DNA of 64,000 nt from Phoronis australis (lineage: Eukaryota > Animalia > Phoronida): positions 151,898 to 215,897 of the forward strand of contig NMRA01000145.1 of the NCBI GenBank assembly GCA_002633005.1. The letters run 5' to 3'. The notes under the pieces are model-generated. The model did not search any database. It was not told the DNA's origin and worked only from the letters and a program-made list of their open reading frames with translations. The position numbers were made by a program, and so were the translations under genes. The first letter of the stretch is position 1, and each line of letters opens with the position of its first letter. Positions 35,701-47,700 of this stretch are shown here, piece after piece.

Positions 35701-38700
35701 TCAGTCAAATTTCTCAATGAAAATAAATGTTTAGAAAAACTTGCCTTCATCATTATGATCTGTACTGAACAGCTGTTGTGAGACGAAACTATGGTGAAAT
35801 TTTGAGATTTTTAACAACTGTAATCTGTCTTTGAAAAAAATGAAAAAATGCTATTATGGCAAATATTTTTATGCGAATTTGAAGAGATTACCGTTCTAGT
35901 TTTTACTGCATTTCTTCATTTCCTGCAGATTCTGTTTAAAGGGCTGACGTTTGTAGTCTAGTAGGGACCTTGTGCGCATGATTTTCTCAACCAGATTTAA
36001 ACCTTGCTTGCATACTAAAAAGTGTTTGTGATTATCTAAACAAGTGTCAGGAGTTCACATAAATTTTTTAAACTAATTTTAGGAAAGCAAATTTTAAACG
36101 ATTTGCCAAATATTTCAGTCTTTTGAGATTGAAAATGGTGAAAGGTATGTGCTTGATTGAAAATTTCTTGGTGTCCGGTAACATCGTATCTGGGACAAAA
36201 GGAAACATTTGGCATAGAACTCTTTAGCCTTGTGCGAGCATAAAAGTAATCCGATTTTAAAGTCTGGTGGTCAAGACGGGCAAATTTAATGAAGGCGAGG
36301 TGCAATTTCTTTCATTCACGGACATTTAGCAATGGACTTTTTTACATGAATCATTTGAACATGCCACAGGACTGCAATGGTGTTTTGACAATATGGTAAT
36401 ACTACGGCAGAGAACTTTGCACCATTGTATGGTTTGCTCGCAAAATTCTTTTTGGCATCTAGCATCATAACGAATTCCAGTATGTTACCGCTATGTCGGA
36501 AAGTAAATATATTGTAGTAGACACATTTTACCTTATGTTCATTAGAGAATTTATGAAATTTAATATAAACGGTTTACCATGCTATGGTTCCTCCCTTTGA
36601 TGATGGTGGCAGATCTAGGATATCATCTACAGTTTTTGAAGGAAAAATGTTTGTAGGGATTTTTTGGTCATGTTCGTAGGTTTCAATCCTAATCCCGCGT
36701 ATGGATGTGCTGCAGTATGTACAACGTGCTTTATAGTGAAAAGCATAAAATTCATTCAGGGACGGTTAATTTGTTTTCACCAGACAAAGTTTACAAAACA
36801 TTCGCTTTTCCCCTACCATGGTCCCCTCCTTTCACAAGGAATAGAAATGATAATTGTTATAGAACGTTGATCGTGTCATGCGTTAACCTGCGAGTGTGTT
36901 TCGAAGCTATGTGTTGGTGTTCGTCCTTATAGGGGCATTAATAAAAACCATTATTTTTCAATTGTAAAACAAAATACTGTTGCAACAAAAATTAGGGTGC
37001 CGTGATAATAAGGTGTTGATACTTACTTGTTCACCTCAGAGGTGTGAGGTTCACCTCAGAGGCGTGAGGGTGCGTGTGGAAGTTGAGCCTTTGTTAAATG
37101 TAGCTCGTTGTACGTTTAGTTTCTTGAATAGCCATTACTAATTCATAGTGGCATTTTTCCTGGAAGCGCTTTGCAAATTTGATGCAAGAACTGGCCTAAC
37201 TTTGGTGTGGGTAGTTGGAGAAATGATGTGCTAAAATTCATTTTGAAGTGTTCTTCTCACAACATTATATTTACAATCTGGATTTCTTTTGAAAGAAAGG
37301 TCAGTGACATGTCTTTAATAGTTTGGCCTTAGTTAAAGCAGTTTATAGTTTGGGGAAGAGCAAAATCTGCTAGTTTTTGTCAAAGAGTGTACTACTGTTC
37401 AAGAATGGGTTTCACGGTAAAGTTTCTAGCCTCAAATTTGAACAAAACTATGGCCAAATTTTTCAATTTTTTATTTTTCAAACGCTCTGTATTGCAAAAA
37501 ATGTTCATTATTTGTTGACAGCCATAGTTTTCAAGTAATCAAATTAAATTATCTTCTTGTTTACTTTTTTGAAATTTCTGATAAAATACAATTCTGTTGT
37601 TATTCAGTGTTGTGCTGCAATTCGAAGAGACTTTGCCGTACTTTATGTCAATACCTCTCTTACGCAACTTGTTATTCTTGTGATCCGAAGACAACACTTA
37701 GCCATCTCAGGTTCAAGGTTGAATTGACAATTAGCCTGAACACGTTCAATGGCTTGTCACTAACTTGTTATTATTAATAATTGATTGTGTGCAAGTTACA
37801 ATCTTTAGAATCAACCTTTACAGAATAGTTCGTGACATTTAACAACAATTATCTTTGTTTTCACTGTACACACTTACAGAGGGCGGGCCGGGAGTGAAAA
37901 AATTCAAAGGATCTCAGCCGTCCAAGAAACGACACACCGATTCACCAGCAAACAATGCGCCAGAGTCCAAGAAACCTTCCTCTGCAACTACCCCTGAAGT
38001 ACCCAAGGTAGGTTTTAGCTATTTTTGAAGTTGAACGTCTATTTGGTCACAAGGACAAGGCTAGTACACCTTCCTAGCCTGGCGCATGCGCATTCTAAGC
38101 GCTACCATTACCTTCTCTAGTCTTGTTGGCATGCTGTAACTGTCACACAAACACAGCATGTCCTGGAATGTATTCCGGAGAGCAAAGTTCTCGTCAAAAA
38201 AAGCATGAGTCGTGCTTTTGAAAACCCAGTGTTTAATGAGTAAGCTGTAGTAGACCTTGCTAGAATAGACCAGCAACATGGCCACCACTGAAGTGATCGT
38301 TTTACGAGGCACAAATGTTGAGTCATGTGTCCGTCCCATTAATGTTGATTTCTCGCGACAAGTGTCTTGCAATGGCGTAATGCTGTTTAGCTAAGTGGAG
38401 TGTATCTGTCAGGGCTCTGGAAGAACACTTTAAATTGGGCTGCTCGGTCATAAAAGTTTTAGAGCAAGTGGGATGGGTTTCCCCTTCAGTGCTGACTGAC
38501 CATAACAAATACATGATGGATTCCAGTAGGTGACCACCGTCTTGTTAGCATTCGGTTTGTCGTTTCTCCAACAGCTGCTTATAGCCTTGGACTTTTTTCT
38601 ATAGCCTCCATGTTTAATGTCTACTTCACTGTTTAATACATGGTAGTTCTCACTTGACAATTGCTCACCTATAAGATCATCTTTGTAGTTCACCCTTTTG

Positions 38701-41700
38701 TTCTGGTAACTGATTCGGGAGCATGGACTTCGTCTTTTTGTTTTCCTGTCTTTTGTCCATGGTCCAACATCAGATAACAAACAAACACCCAGCTACTGAC
38801 AGTTGAGTTATAGGATGTCACAATATGGCTCAGTGTTTGTGCCACTCCTTAAAATGACAAGCTGATTTTTTAGTTGTGACCGTAGACCCCCCAAAATCCG
38901 TCAGTATCCTATCTGTCTGTGAACATTGTGAACGTTCTTGCAACGGAATGGACAACCAAATTTAGTGTGATCAAGGTCTGGGTCGATGTAGTATGTTTTG
39001 TCACTACCTCAAAACGTGTTTTTGATTCAAGGGACATGAACTCTATCACATTCCCTGTGAGTCTCGTATCCTGGTACCTTGCCCACTAGAATACATAAGA
39101 TAATAATGTTTTTCTAAAGTTCTTGCAATCCCTAAAACTTATGGATTAAAGTCGTATGAACTGTGTTGCATAACAAAAATATACGGGTTGCAAATGGCTT
39201 CATTTCGAAGATGTCCAACTATAAGCAGGGCTTGGAATTTTCCGTGGAAACGCGGATTTCCGCTTTTTTCAAATGTGCTTTCCGCTTTTTTTATAATATT
39301 TCCGCGTAAAAAAATCTGATTTGATATAAAATTTCCGTGGCAAATTCCTTTCTTACCGCGGCGTTGCAGACGACGTTCACCTCGAAAAGCGGAAGTTGCT
39401 CTTTATGTTTCGGAGGAACGTAAATTGTCAACATTGGCGGGGCATCTGGGACAGCGTGGTGGGATTTTCAATGGCGTCTCGTGTTATTGTTAAGCGCGGC
39501 GACAAATACTACTGCTCTGCAGCCAAAAATGTGTGGGTTGGGAGTGGACGGGCGAGCTAAAAGGACGCAGACGCATGCTACTGATGGTGGTAACGTTTTT
39601 TTTTTTTTTAGTCCTGATTTTTGTCGGGGAAAGGTTCACATTGACCATTTCAAGGCTGCATGGTTATCGGGCATGATTTGGGCCGTAAAAGTTTCAAAGT
39701 TTCCGCGTCTTTTGTCATTGGTCATTCCCAGCCCTGTATAAGGCAAAATGCTCTTTGGCTTGAGAATGTGAACAGGAAGTCATCGATTTGCTTACAGATA
39801 TTTTGTACTGACAACATTCATTTTATTTATTTATATAGATACTTTCTCAATTCGGGCACGGTATTTTATGGTTTGCCATGTCACGAGCAAGTACGCCGTG
39901 TCGTGACTTAATCTGCTACTGAAAAACACTATTGATAACTGTTAGAATATTATGACATTCTTTGACACGCAATTCTTGTAGTTTCTTCTGCAGATGGCAG
40001 AACTCTAATCATTAGTCAGTCTATCTCACTGTGTGTGCTTAGTACAATTTAATGACCTATGTATATATGTGTATAACTCAGAAGGAATGAGTATATATAG
40101 TCCTGCTTTCACATTTAACATAATAGTTTTGTCTGCTAGTGAGTCAACAGAACCGGTGTTTGCATTTTTCTCAGTTCGGTGCCTTGTTAGTCTTTCTTCA
40201 TGGATCACTGATGAGTTGTGCCATTGGCTGTTGGGGAGACAGGACACCCTCTGTTGTGGAAAGTTGATACTCAAGCTCAACTAGTGCGTTCACAAGAAAA
40301 TTTAGCAAAATCTTGTCTACAGTCTGGGGTCCAATCTTTGCTCTCGAAAGTTGATTCAGAAATTGACCATTTGCGTAGCATGCTCCTTTGTAAAATTGCA
40401 AAGTTGTACTCCAATCATGCTGCGTGACTGGTTAAATTTCGAGTCATAGTTGAGTCTGAGTTGATTTGACTTTGAGCCCGTCGTGCAGTGATATTCTTAT
40501 GTATGCACTGTACTTAATGCAACTTCACCATGACGTACATAGTATGGTTACATTTGACTGATGCAACACAATACGGTACCAATAACATGCTTTCACATCG
40601 TTGCAACCACAAGCACGGATTCTGAAGAGCACAGGGAGATGCATCCAAGTGGCTCAGACGTTTCAAGTACTAAAAAATGATGAAATTCCAAGTGCATCCC
40701 AGGTTGGTCCAATGTTGGACCCCTTGCCAAGACCTTGGATCACCATCTGGATTATCACCTGAAGAATTATGCAATGTTCGCATGTAATGGCAACTTGTCG
40801 GGCCTACATCGGCGCTGCGACAGCACAAATGTTTTGCAGTATGTCTTGAACGCTCGCTCGTGTCTTGCTTTTTGTCCTGAAGGAATCTTCTAGCTGCAGT
40901 CACCGTCCTCTGTCACTCCTTTATGTATTAGCTGCTGCTTAGCTTCACGGTTGGATTAAATGTACACTGAGTTTGTGTGTTTAAAGTGGCCACTTTTTTG
41001 CTGTTTCAATCACTTTAACCACTATTCTCTCTATACTTAAAGATGCACTTTGCCCTGTTTAGTTGGCTAAATACAAAAATTGAATTAGATCTTTTACTTT
41101 CATAAAATCGGTCTTACTGTTCTTTACCTAAAAATGCAATTTGTGCATTGCCTGTGTCTTAGTTGGTAACGGAAATGGATTCTTGTCCTTGCAAAGAATG
41201 GCACAAGACCAATTTTATGAAAGTAAAAGGCCTAATTCAGTTTTCGTTTTTAGTCGTTTAAACAGGGTGAATTATAACTTTAAGAAAACACTTGTATTTT
41301 GTAGTTCTCTTCAATTTCAGGCAAAAAGAAAAATGCTATATTGACATTTTTAGACTTTCTAAAGCTGCTATGTCCCTGCCCTTTGTTGAAAGACTTACAT
41401 CTTATTCATAATACTACATACTGTATGAAATTAGTCTCAAAACTTCTTTCTTACTCAGTTAGAAGTGCTTCATGGACTGAGAAAAAACCGTCAGTTCTTT
41501 GTGCCTTGAAGCCACACTCAAAAAGTCGTTTTGTCACGACGGATGGATTTATGCTCCGGTCATGATCTCAAAATAATGGAACGGCCAGTTTTTCTAACCC
41601 TAGAAACCATTTTTCATCTGAGTAAGGAACAAGTTGATACCCATTATGTAGCAGTAATTAGTCAAAATCAAAAAGTCATTTTTTGACGGATGACGCGGGG

Positions 41701-44700
41701 TTGTAGCAACTTTCACAATGCTTAATGTTGCTTTTCGACAGTGTTGCCTAACATAATCTCAAATCGTGCTAACAGCAAAGCAAAACTTTCTTACCATTTA
41801 TTTTGTTGAACATGTCAAATTCTACTTTTCTGATCTATTGCGTCTTAAGTTGGAGCATGGATCGTACAGTCTTGAAAAGCCTTTGAATTTAGAGTCTTGA
41901 CCTTGTATAGTCCTTGAATTAAATCCTGACCTTGAAAAGCACTTGAATTTCAGCTTTTAATCTTGAAAATACTTAAAGTAATTTATGACTTTGTGTGTTA
42001 CTTTCATTTTTTTATTTAAACAAACATGTTTTTGAAGTCATACACATCAGGAGTTTTTCTTGATTTTATGCATTTTATTAATTAAAGAAAAAAGTGTAAA
42101 ATTTGAGTTTGCCAACTTAATTACCTCTTCTTAAAGTTTCCCCGTTGCGAAAAGGGGTTGGGGTTTAATAAACAAAGCTGTACTAATATTAATATGGTCC
42201 TCGTTGAATTCCATTGAGTATGGCTTGAATTAACCTCAATAGTCCCTGATACGTCCTGAATTTCTCGTTTTGTATGAACCATGTGAACAAGATTTACCAG
42301 GTTTCTTTGTTTTGTTGCCTGTTGTCAGTGTGGTTATTGTGTTTTAAGTGGAATTCCTATGAATATTGTTTTCCAACTTCTTGCTTTAATTTTTGCATTC
42401 CTTCTGTTTGTTATTTCCATTAAGTGAGCCACATTTTACTTTACTTATTTGTCCAATGTGTTGGGTGTACATTATGATGATTTTTGAAAATTTCTGAAGC
42501 TGCTTGCATTTTGTTGCGAAAGCAAAATGCAAAATCCTTTAGCAAACTTTTAGTTGAATTACCCCTTTACTGCGTCATTAAAGTATCATGAAGCTATGGC
42601 TTCTAGTAAGCACTATTGTCTTAGGTAATTTCATCTCAAAAATCAAATTAATGTCATCAGTGTGTTGCCCATGTGAGTGTGGCTTGTGCATAGTTTGCTG
42701 TCAGTGCTGGGGCTTACCTGTCCTCTTTTTCTTCTCCTTCACTGAAGAACTCCAGCGCCAGTTCGACTTACTACGACGCCACTGACAATGTCTACGAGAA
42801 CGAGTTGCCTCGAGATGCAGACAATCGCTCCGATGCTGCTGTGGGCCAGAGGCGACAAATTCGAATCAAGAAGTTCATCGAGGTACCAGTTACTGAGGTT
42901 AAGGACACCGATATGCCTCACTGGATGTCTACGGAACAGTCGTCGGTAGATCAGTCCAATGCACACGTGCCGCACGGTTCATTGCTGATTACAAACAAGG
43001 AATTCCTAAACAAGCTGGACAAAACGTTGGATAAGCATATGAGCGCCCAAAGTGTGGACCCATCTCATGTTGCCAAACACAATGAGCACAAGGGTGGGCG
43101 CAAAACCAAGCCCAAAAGCGCCTTGCAGTCTTCTGTGATGTCGGAGATGGTGGCGTCACCTCTGTTCAAGAAGCACAATGAAAGTGCTGTCGTCTTAGTC
43201 TCGGACATGAACACTAACGAGAACAGTTCGCCGAAAACTCTGGAGCAGGAGATCTCGTCAGTCATCACGTCGTTAAGTACAACGTATAACATGCAGAAGA
43301 CCTCTAAAGTTGAACCGCAGAAGGCTGAAAAGAGCGTCGTGCATAATCCATGCAGAAACAAACCGGGTAATAAGGCAAGATTGAATAAATCTCATCCATC
43401 GGAGTCGGTTGCCATTCTGGCAGAGTCACGGGTCGTGACAAGAATGAGGAATGAATTTCAGGACTGCAAATCACCACCAAAGTACAAAGTTGTAGTCAAA
43501 CCTAGCAGTGATGCGAAAGCAAAACAAAATTTACCATCGGGCGATTACACAACACGATCTCTTGATGAAGATAGTAATTCTAGTGAGAGTCTCTCCAGAA
43601 GCACAGAAACGGCAAATTTACCCCAGAACACTGATGAGGCAACAACAAAATGTGGAACTTGTCGATCTGTCAACTACACAGTCATTGTTGCAATACTACT
43701 CGCGGCATCGAGCGTCTGGATTTGGAACAATTATCACGATGCTTTGGAAATTTGGTTCTACGATTTAGTTGAGTATGCTGAACAGAAGTTTGTACATTTT
43801 AAAGAATACATTGACGAACAGCTCCGTAGCTTAGTCGAGTGCATTTACCAAAGATACGGGCAGAAAAAGGAACAACCGCAGTCATCTTTCTCGCTCTTCG
43901 GTTACAAAATCATGTGATCAATGGATGCAGCGATTTCAGAAATTTGTAGAACTCTAATTGACTTGCCATATGAACAATATCTGTGCTTGGCCAATAAAAA
44001 CTTGCTACTTGATATAGTTTGCATCGTTATGATCCGTTTGCTCATCTACAAAATGACCACAATTGGTTCTGATCTGTAGTTAACTCATTTTGAAACCTCC
44101 CCCTCAGAGTTAAATGAAAAAAAGAAGAATCCTGGCCTCATTTCAACTGCTGTCAGGTGGCGCCAGGGAACTTATCCCAGCCCATTTCGGTTGCCATTAG
44201 GTGGCACTGGGGAAAATGGGGATTTCAGCCTATGTCAGCTGGCATCAGGTGACCGTGGGGAAAAGGGAAGACGGATCCCAACCCATTTCAGGTGGCTTGA
44301 GGTGACTTTCTTTTCGGAAAATATGAGCCACTAAAAATACTACATTAGTTTAATTTTCAACATAAAACAGACCAGATTTAGAAACAGTTGTGCTATTTTC
44401 ATTGGCCTGATCTTTATTTTATTTTATTTTATTTTGATTTGATTTTTCAGCACTAAATAATGCAATTGTGATAAAATTATTATGTAATGCTTCTGAATAA
44501 ATGGCAAACAATAATAATGTTATATGTTTATTACAACAAATAGCTATAGTTAGAAAAATAAGCCAAGAAACTTCAAAAGCATTAGATATAGAGTCCTGGG
44601 ATACCTGTAAGTTAAACCCTGGTTGCATTATTTATAAAGTCGATTGTAAATGTTCAAGGCCAGCTTTTGAAAATGCAAAAGAAATGTTATCTATTACTAA

Positions 44701-47700
44701 AAAGTTCATTGACAAGACTTGAATAATAATTATAATTATAATTATTTTCTAGTTTCTCATTTAATGGCTAAGTCTTGGGTAGTACTTTAAGGTAATTTCC
44801 ATGACCATTAAATTTTAAAAAAAATAAAAAATTTGATTTAAGTCATTAAGTCATCTGCACGTAATTTTTGAATATTTTACTGTAAGTGGTGCTGTCTGCT
44901 GTATGTAATAACAATAAACTTCTATTTACTTATCTGTACTTCGGATCTTTTTCATTTCCATGCAGTAGCCTGTTTGATACATGATAGGTAGGTATGGTCC
45001 CTTCATTCGGAGGCCAGTTTTTTAAATTTCGGTTCGTTGTGTGTTTGCCCTCATATCTATATTATTGTTTTTTGTATCCTATTTCTACTGTGAGTTTTGG
45101 CAGGAAATGACAAGTTTCTTCTTTCTGAAATCGTGACGAAATTCAGAGCAAAATTTTACGATGGCTTTTTAGTTTTGCTCCAGCCACTATTTAGCAGTTT
45201 TCAGCGAACCACAAGTTTAACTAACCTATCACCAGTAAATAATGTTACTAAGTTTGAATCTGTCCTTGAAGACCATCTGCAACTTTTTTTCTAAAACATG
45301 CCCAGATTTTGTTATTTTTGAACCAGTATTCTAATCAAGGATTGACATTTCTGTGGCAAGTGGCCCAACATAATGTGCTACATACGTTAAAATGATTTAT
45401 AAGGTCACCGGCACCAACTTGTCCTGTGTGTGTTCACTTGAAGGTCTCATTTCATGACAGAGTTAAGCAGGTTTAGTTCTAGTTCATACTGTTTATTGTG
45501 CCATATTGTCAGGTAAGAAATTGAGATTTTGTTCTACAACATATAGAAATAGTGCACACTCTTATATAACATTGAGTTAGAGTAACTTTTAGTTAACATT
45601 TTTGGAAATTAGATGTTGGTTACTATGCTTCCAAAATACCTCATGTTTCTCTGAGAAATAAAAAAGTAGTCCTGTTTGTTTTGCAATGTAATTATGCTGC
45701 ATCCTTAGTATTTCAACGTAAAAACAGTTTTTATAGAAGTATAACACTGCATCCATGTATTGGGGTTACAGTTCTGTTACCTAACTCAAGCAAATCTATG
45801 TAGTGTTGGTATATAGATTAGTAATACTGTGTGAATCCCTGAATCGTTCTCTGGATGGGTTGTTTCTATTAAGCCCCACTCACCATTTCTTTGGTGATAA
45901 GCCCCCCCCCTCCAGTAGTCGCAACTCTGCCATAATTGGACATCATCTTGGTGGCAGCCTCTCTTAATTTTTAGTGACTCCTTTCAGCCAAGTTTGTCTG
46001 ATTTAGATACGATCAATATAATTTCTCTGACAAAAGTGGAGTCCGAAAGCAATGTTAAATTTGGTTTTCCCTTGATTGTTTAATATCTATATTTGAAAAT
46101 TATGGCTCCTCTTTCATCCCATTTTTCTATGTAGAATCCTCTACATTCTCCATGTAAGGTTTAGAAGGTACTCTGAGTGTCAAACACTCCAAAACATGGT
46201 TTAAGATCAGCACAGCAGTGCCTTCCTTGTAAAGCAATAGTCATATATAATGTGCCCACATTTTGAGAACTAGTTTATTTGTTATTTAGTGGACAAAACT
46301 GAATCTCAAAAAGCGGGCAAATTATATCTGACTATTAAGGCCTTTTAATACATCTCGAAATAAAAGCTCTTAACTTCTGGCATCATTCCTAGACAACCAA
46401 CATTGTGGCTAAGTGTGTGCCGCTATCCAATTTCGTTTGTGTTTGACTGCTGTACAATTTGGACACATTGGTTCAATATATTGAATTCTGGAATTGACCT
46501 AATTATTTGTCTGGGAATCATGTAAGCGGCTTGTCCCGATATTTGTCACATACAGAGGTCACTAATATCCTAATAAGCTGTTGCAATTCCCTTTTAATAC
46601 TCTATTCCATGTTTTAAATAGAGACTTATAAATTTTGAAAACTCGAGTGTATTACCTTTAAAAGTTTCCCTTGTGAGTGCCAAGTCTTAACTGCCTCATC
46701 TCTTTAAAACTTGACCATTCACTGATTACATCAAATCTTAACTGTCTAATCTAGCTGCTTATATATTGATTTCTCGTTAATAGTTTTCAGGCGACATCAC
46801 ATGTGTTCTTGGCTTACCAAAGCTTTGTACTTTTCCTATATTTTAGTGTGTGGTCTGTTTGATTGTGAGTGTAACAGTTTGTGTTCTCAATTTATTGACT
46901 ATTTAATCTATAAAACCACAAAAGTATTGTCCTAATATCAAGGTCGTTCTTGTGATCGATAATCTTAAGTTACAGTCTAAGATGACTAATTAGATTAATA
47001 TGCACAAGCTGGGGCCGTATTGTGTATTACTGTTTTTTGCCAACTGATTTTGAAGCACTAGTTGAGATGCGCGAGTTGGTCCAACGGTGATACCGCGCTT
47101 CTCCCAAAACATGTGTACATAAGTGGTGCATTTTCAGTGTATTGAATGCTTGTGCTTGTTAATCAATCGTTGTTTGAAGCCCCTTGGTGTGATTTAAAGT
47201 CATCGGGGTTCTTAACCAAATGTTGACTGACTTATCAACCCCTGTGTCTGTTCTCATTAAGTGCTAATTGTTTGTACAAATTGTGTTTTAGACAAAAATC
47301 GGCACTCCTGCACAGACAAAGGAGAAGACTAGGACTATTGGAGAAACGTGTACGATTTGCAAGAAGAAAATTTACATCCTAGAAAGAGTTCGCATCGATG
47401 GCAAGTTTTACCATAGGTCGTGCCACCGTGAATCGCAGATCAAAGACAAGGAATACAGGAGTGTGTTGTTAGCTAAACCAGTCTCAAGTGATTCTATAGC
47501 TAAGGAGCCAACCATTAAGTCAGATGCAAAGACGAATGTTGTGAGTCCTACTTCAGTGGCAGCAGCCAAAGCTCGATCAAATTTCTTCCAGGCAGACAAT
47601 GTTAGTAATAAGTCGGAGGATAGTGGTTATCAGTCTCCCAACACATGGAGGAGGAATGACGCAAATGCTTTACCGGCCCATAATGCTAAGGCAGATAAAG

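Noticed and set aside
40600-40790. Possible extra MICAL-like exon in intron 4
   Set aside because: No convincing acceptor, short frames with stops, no recognisable motif
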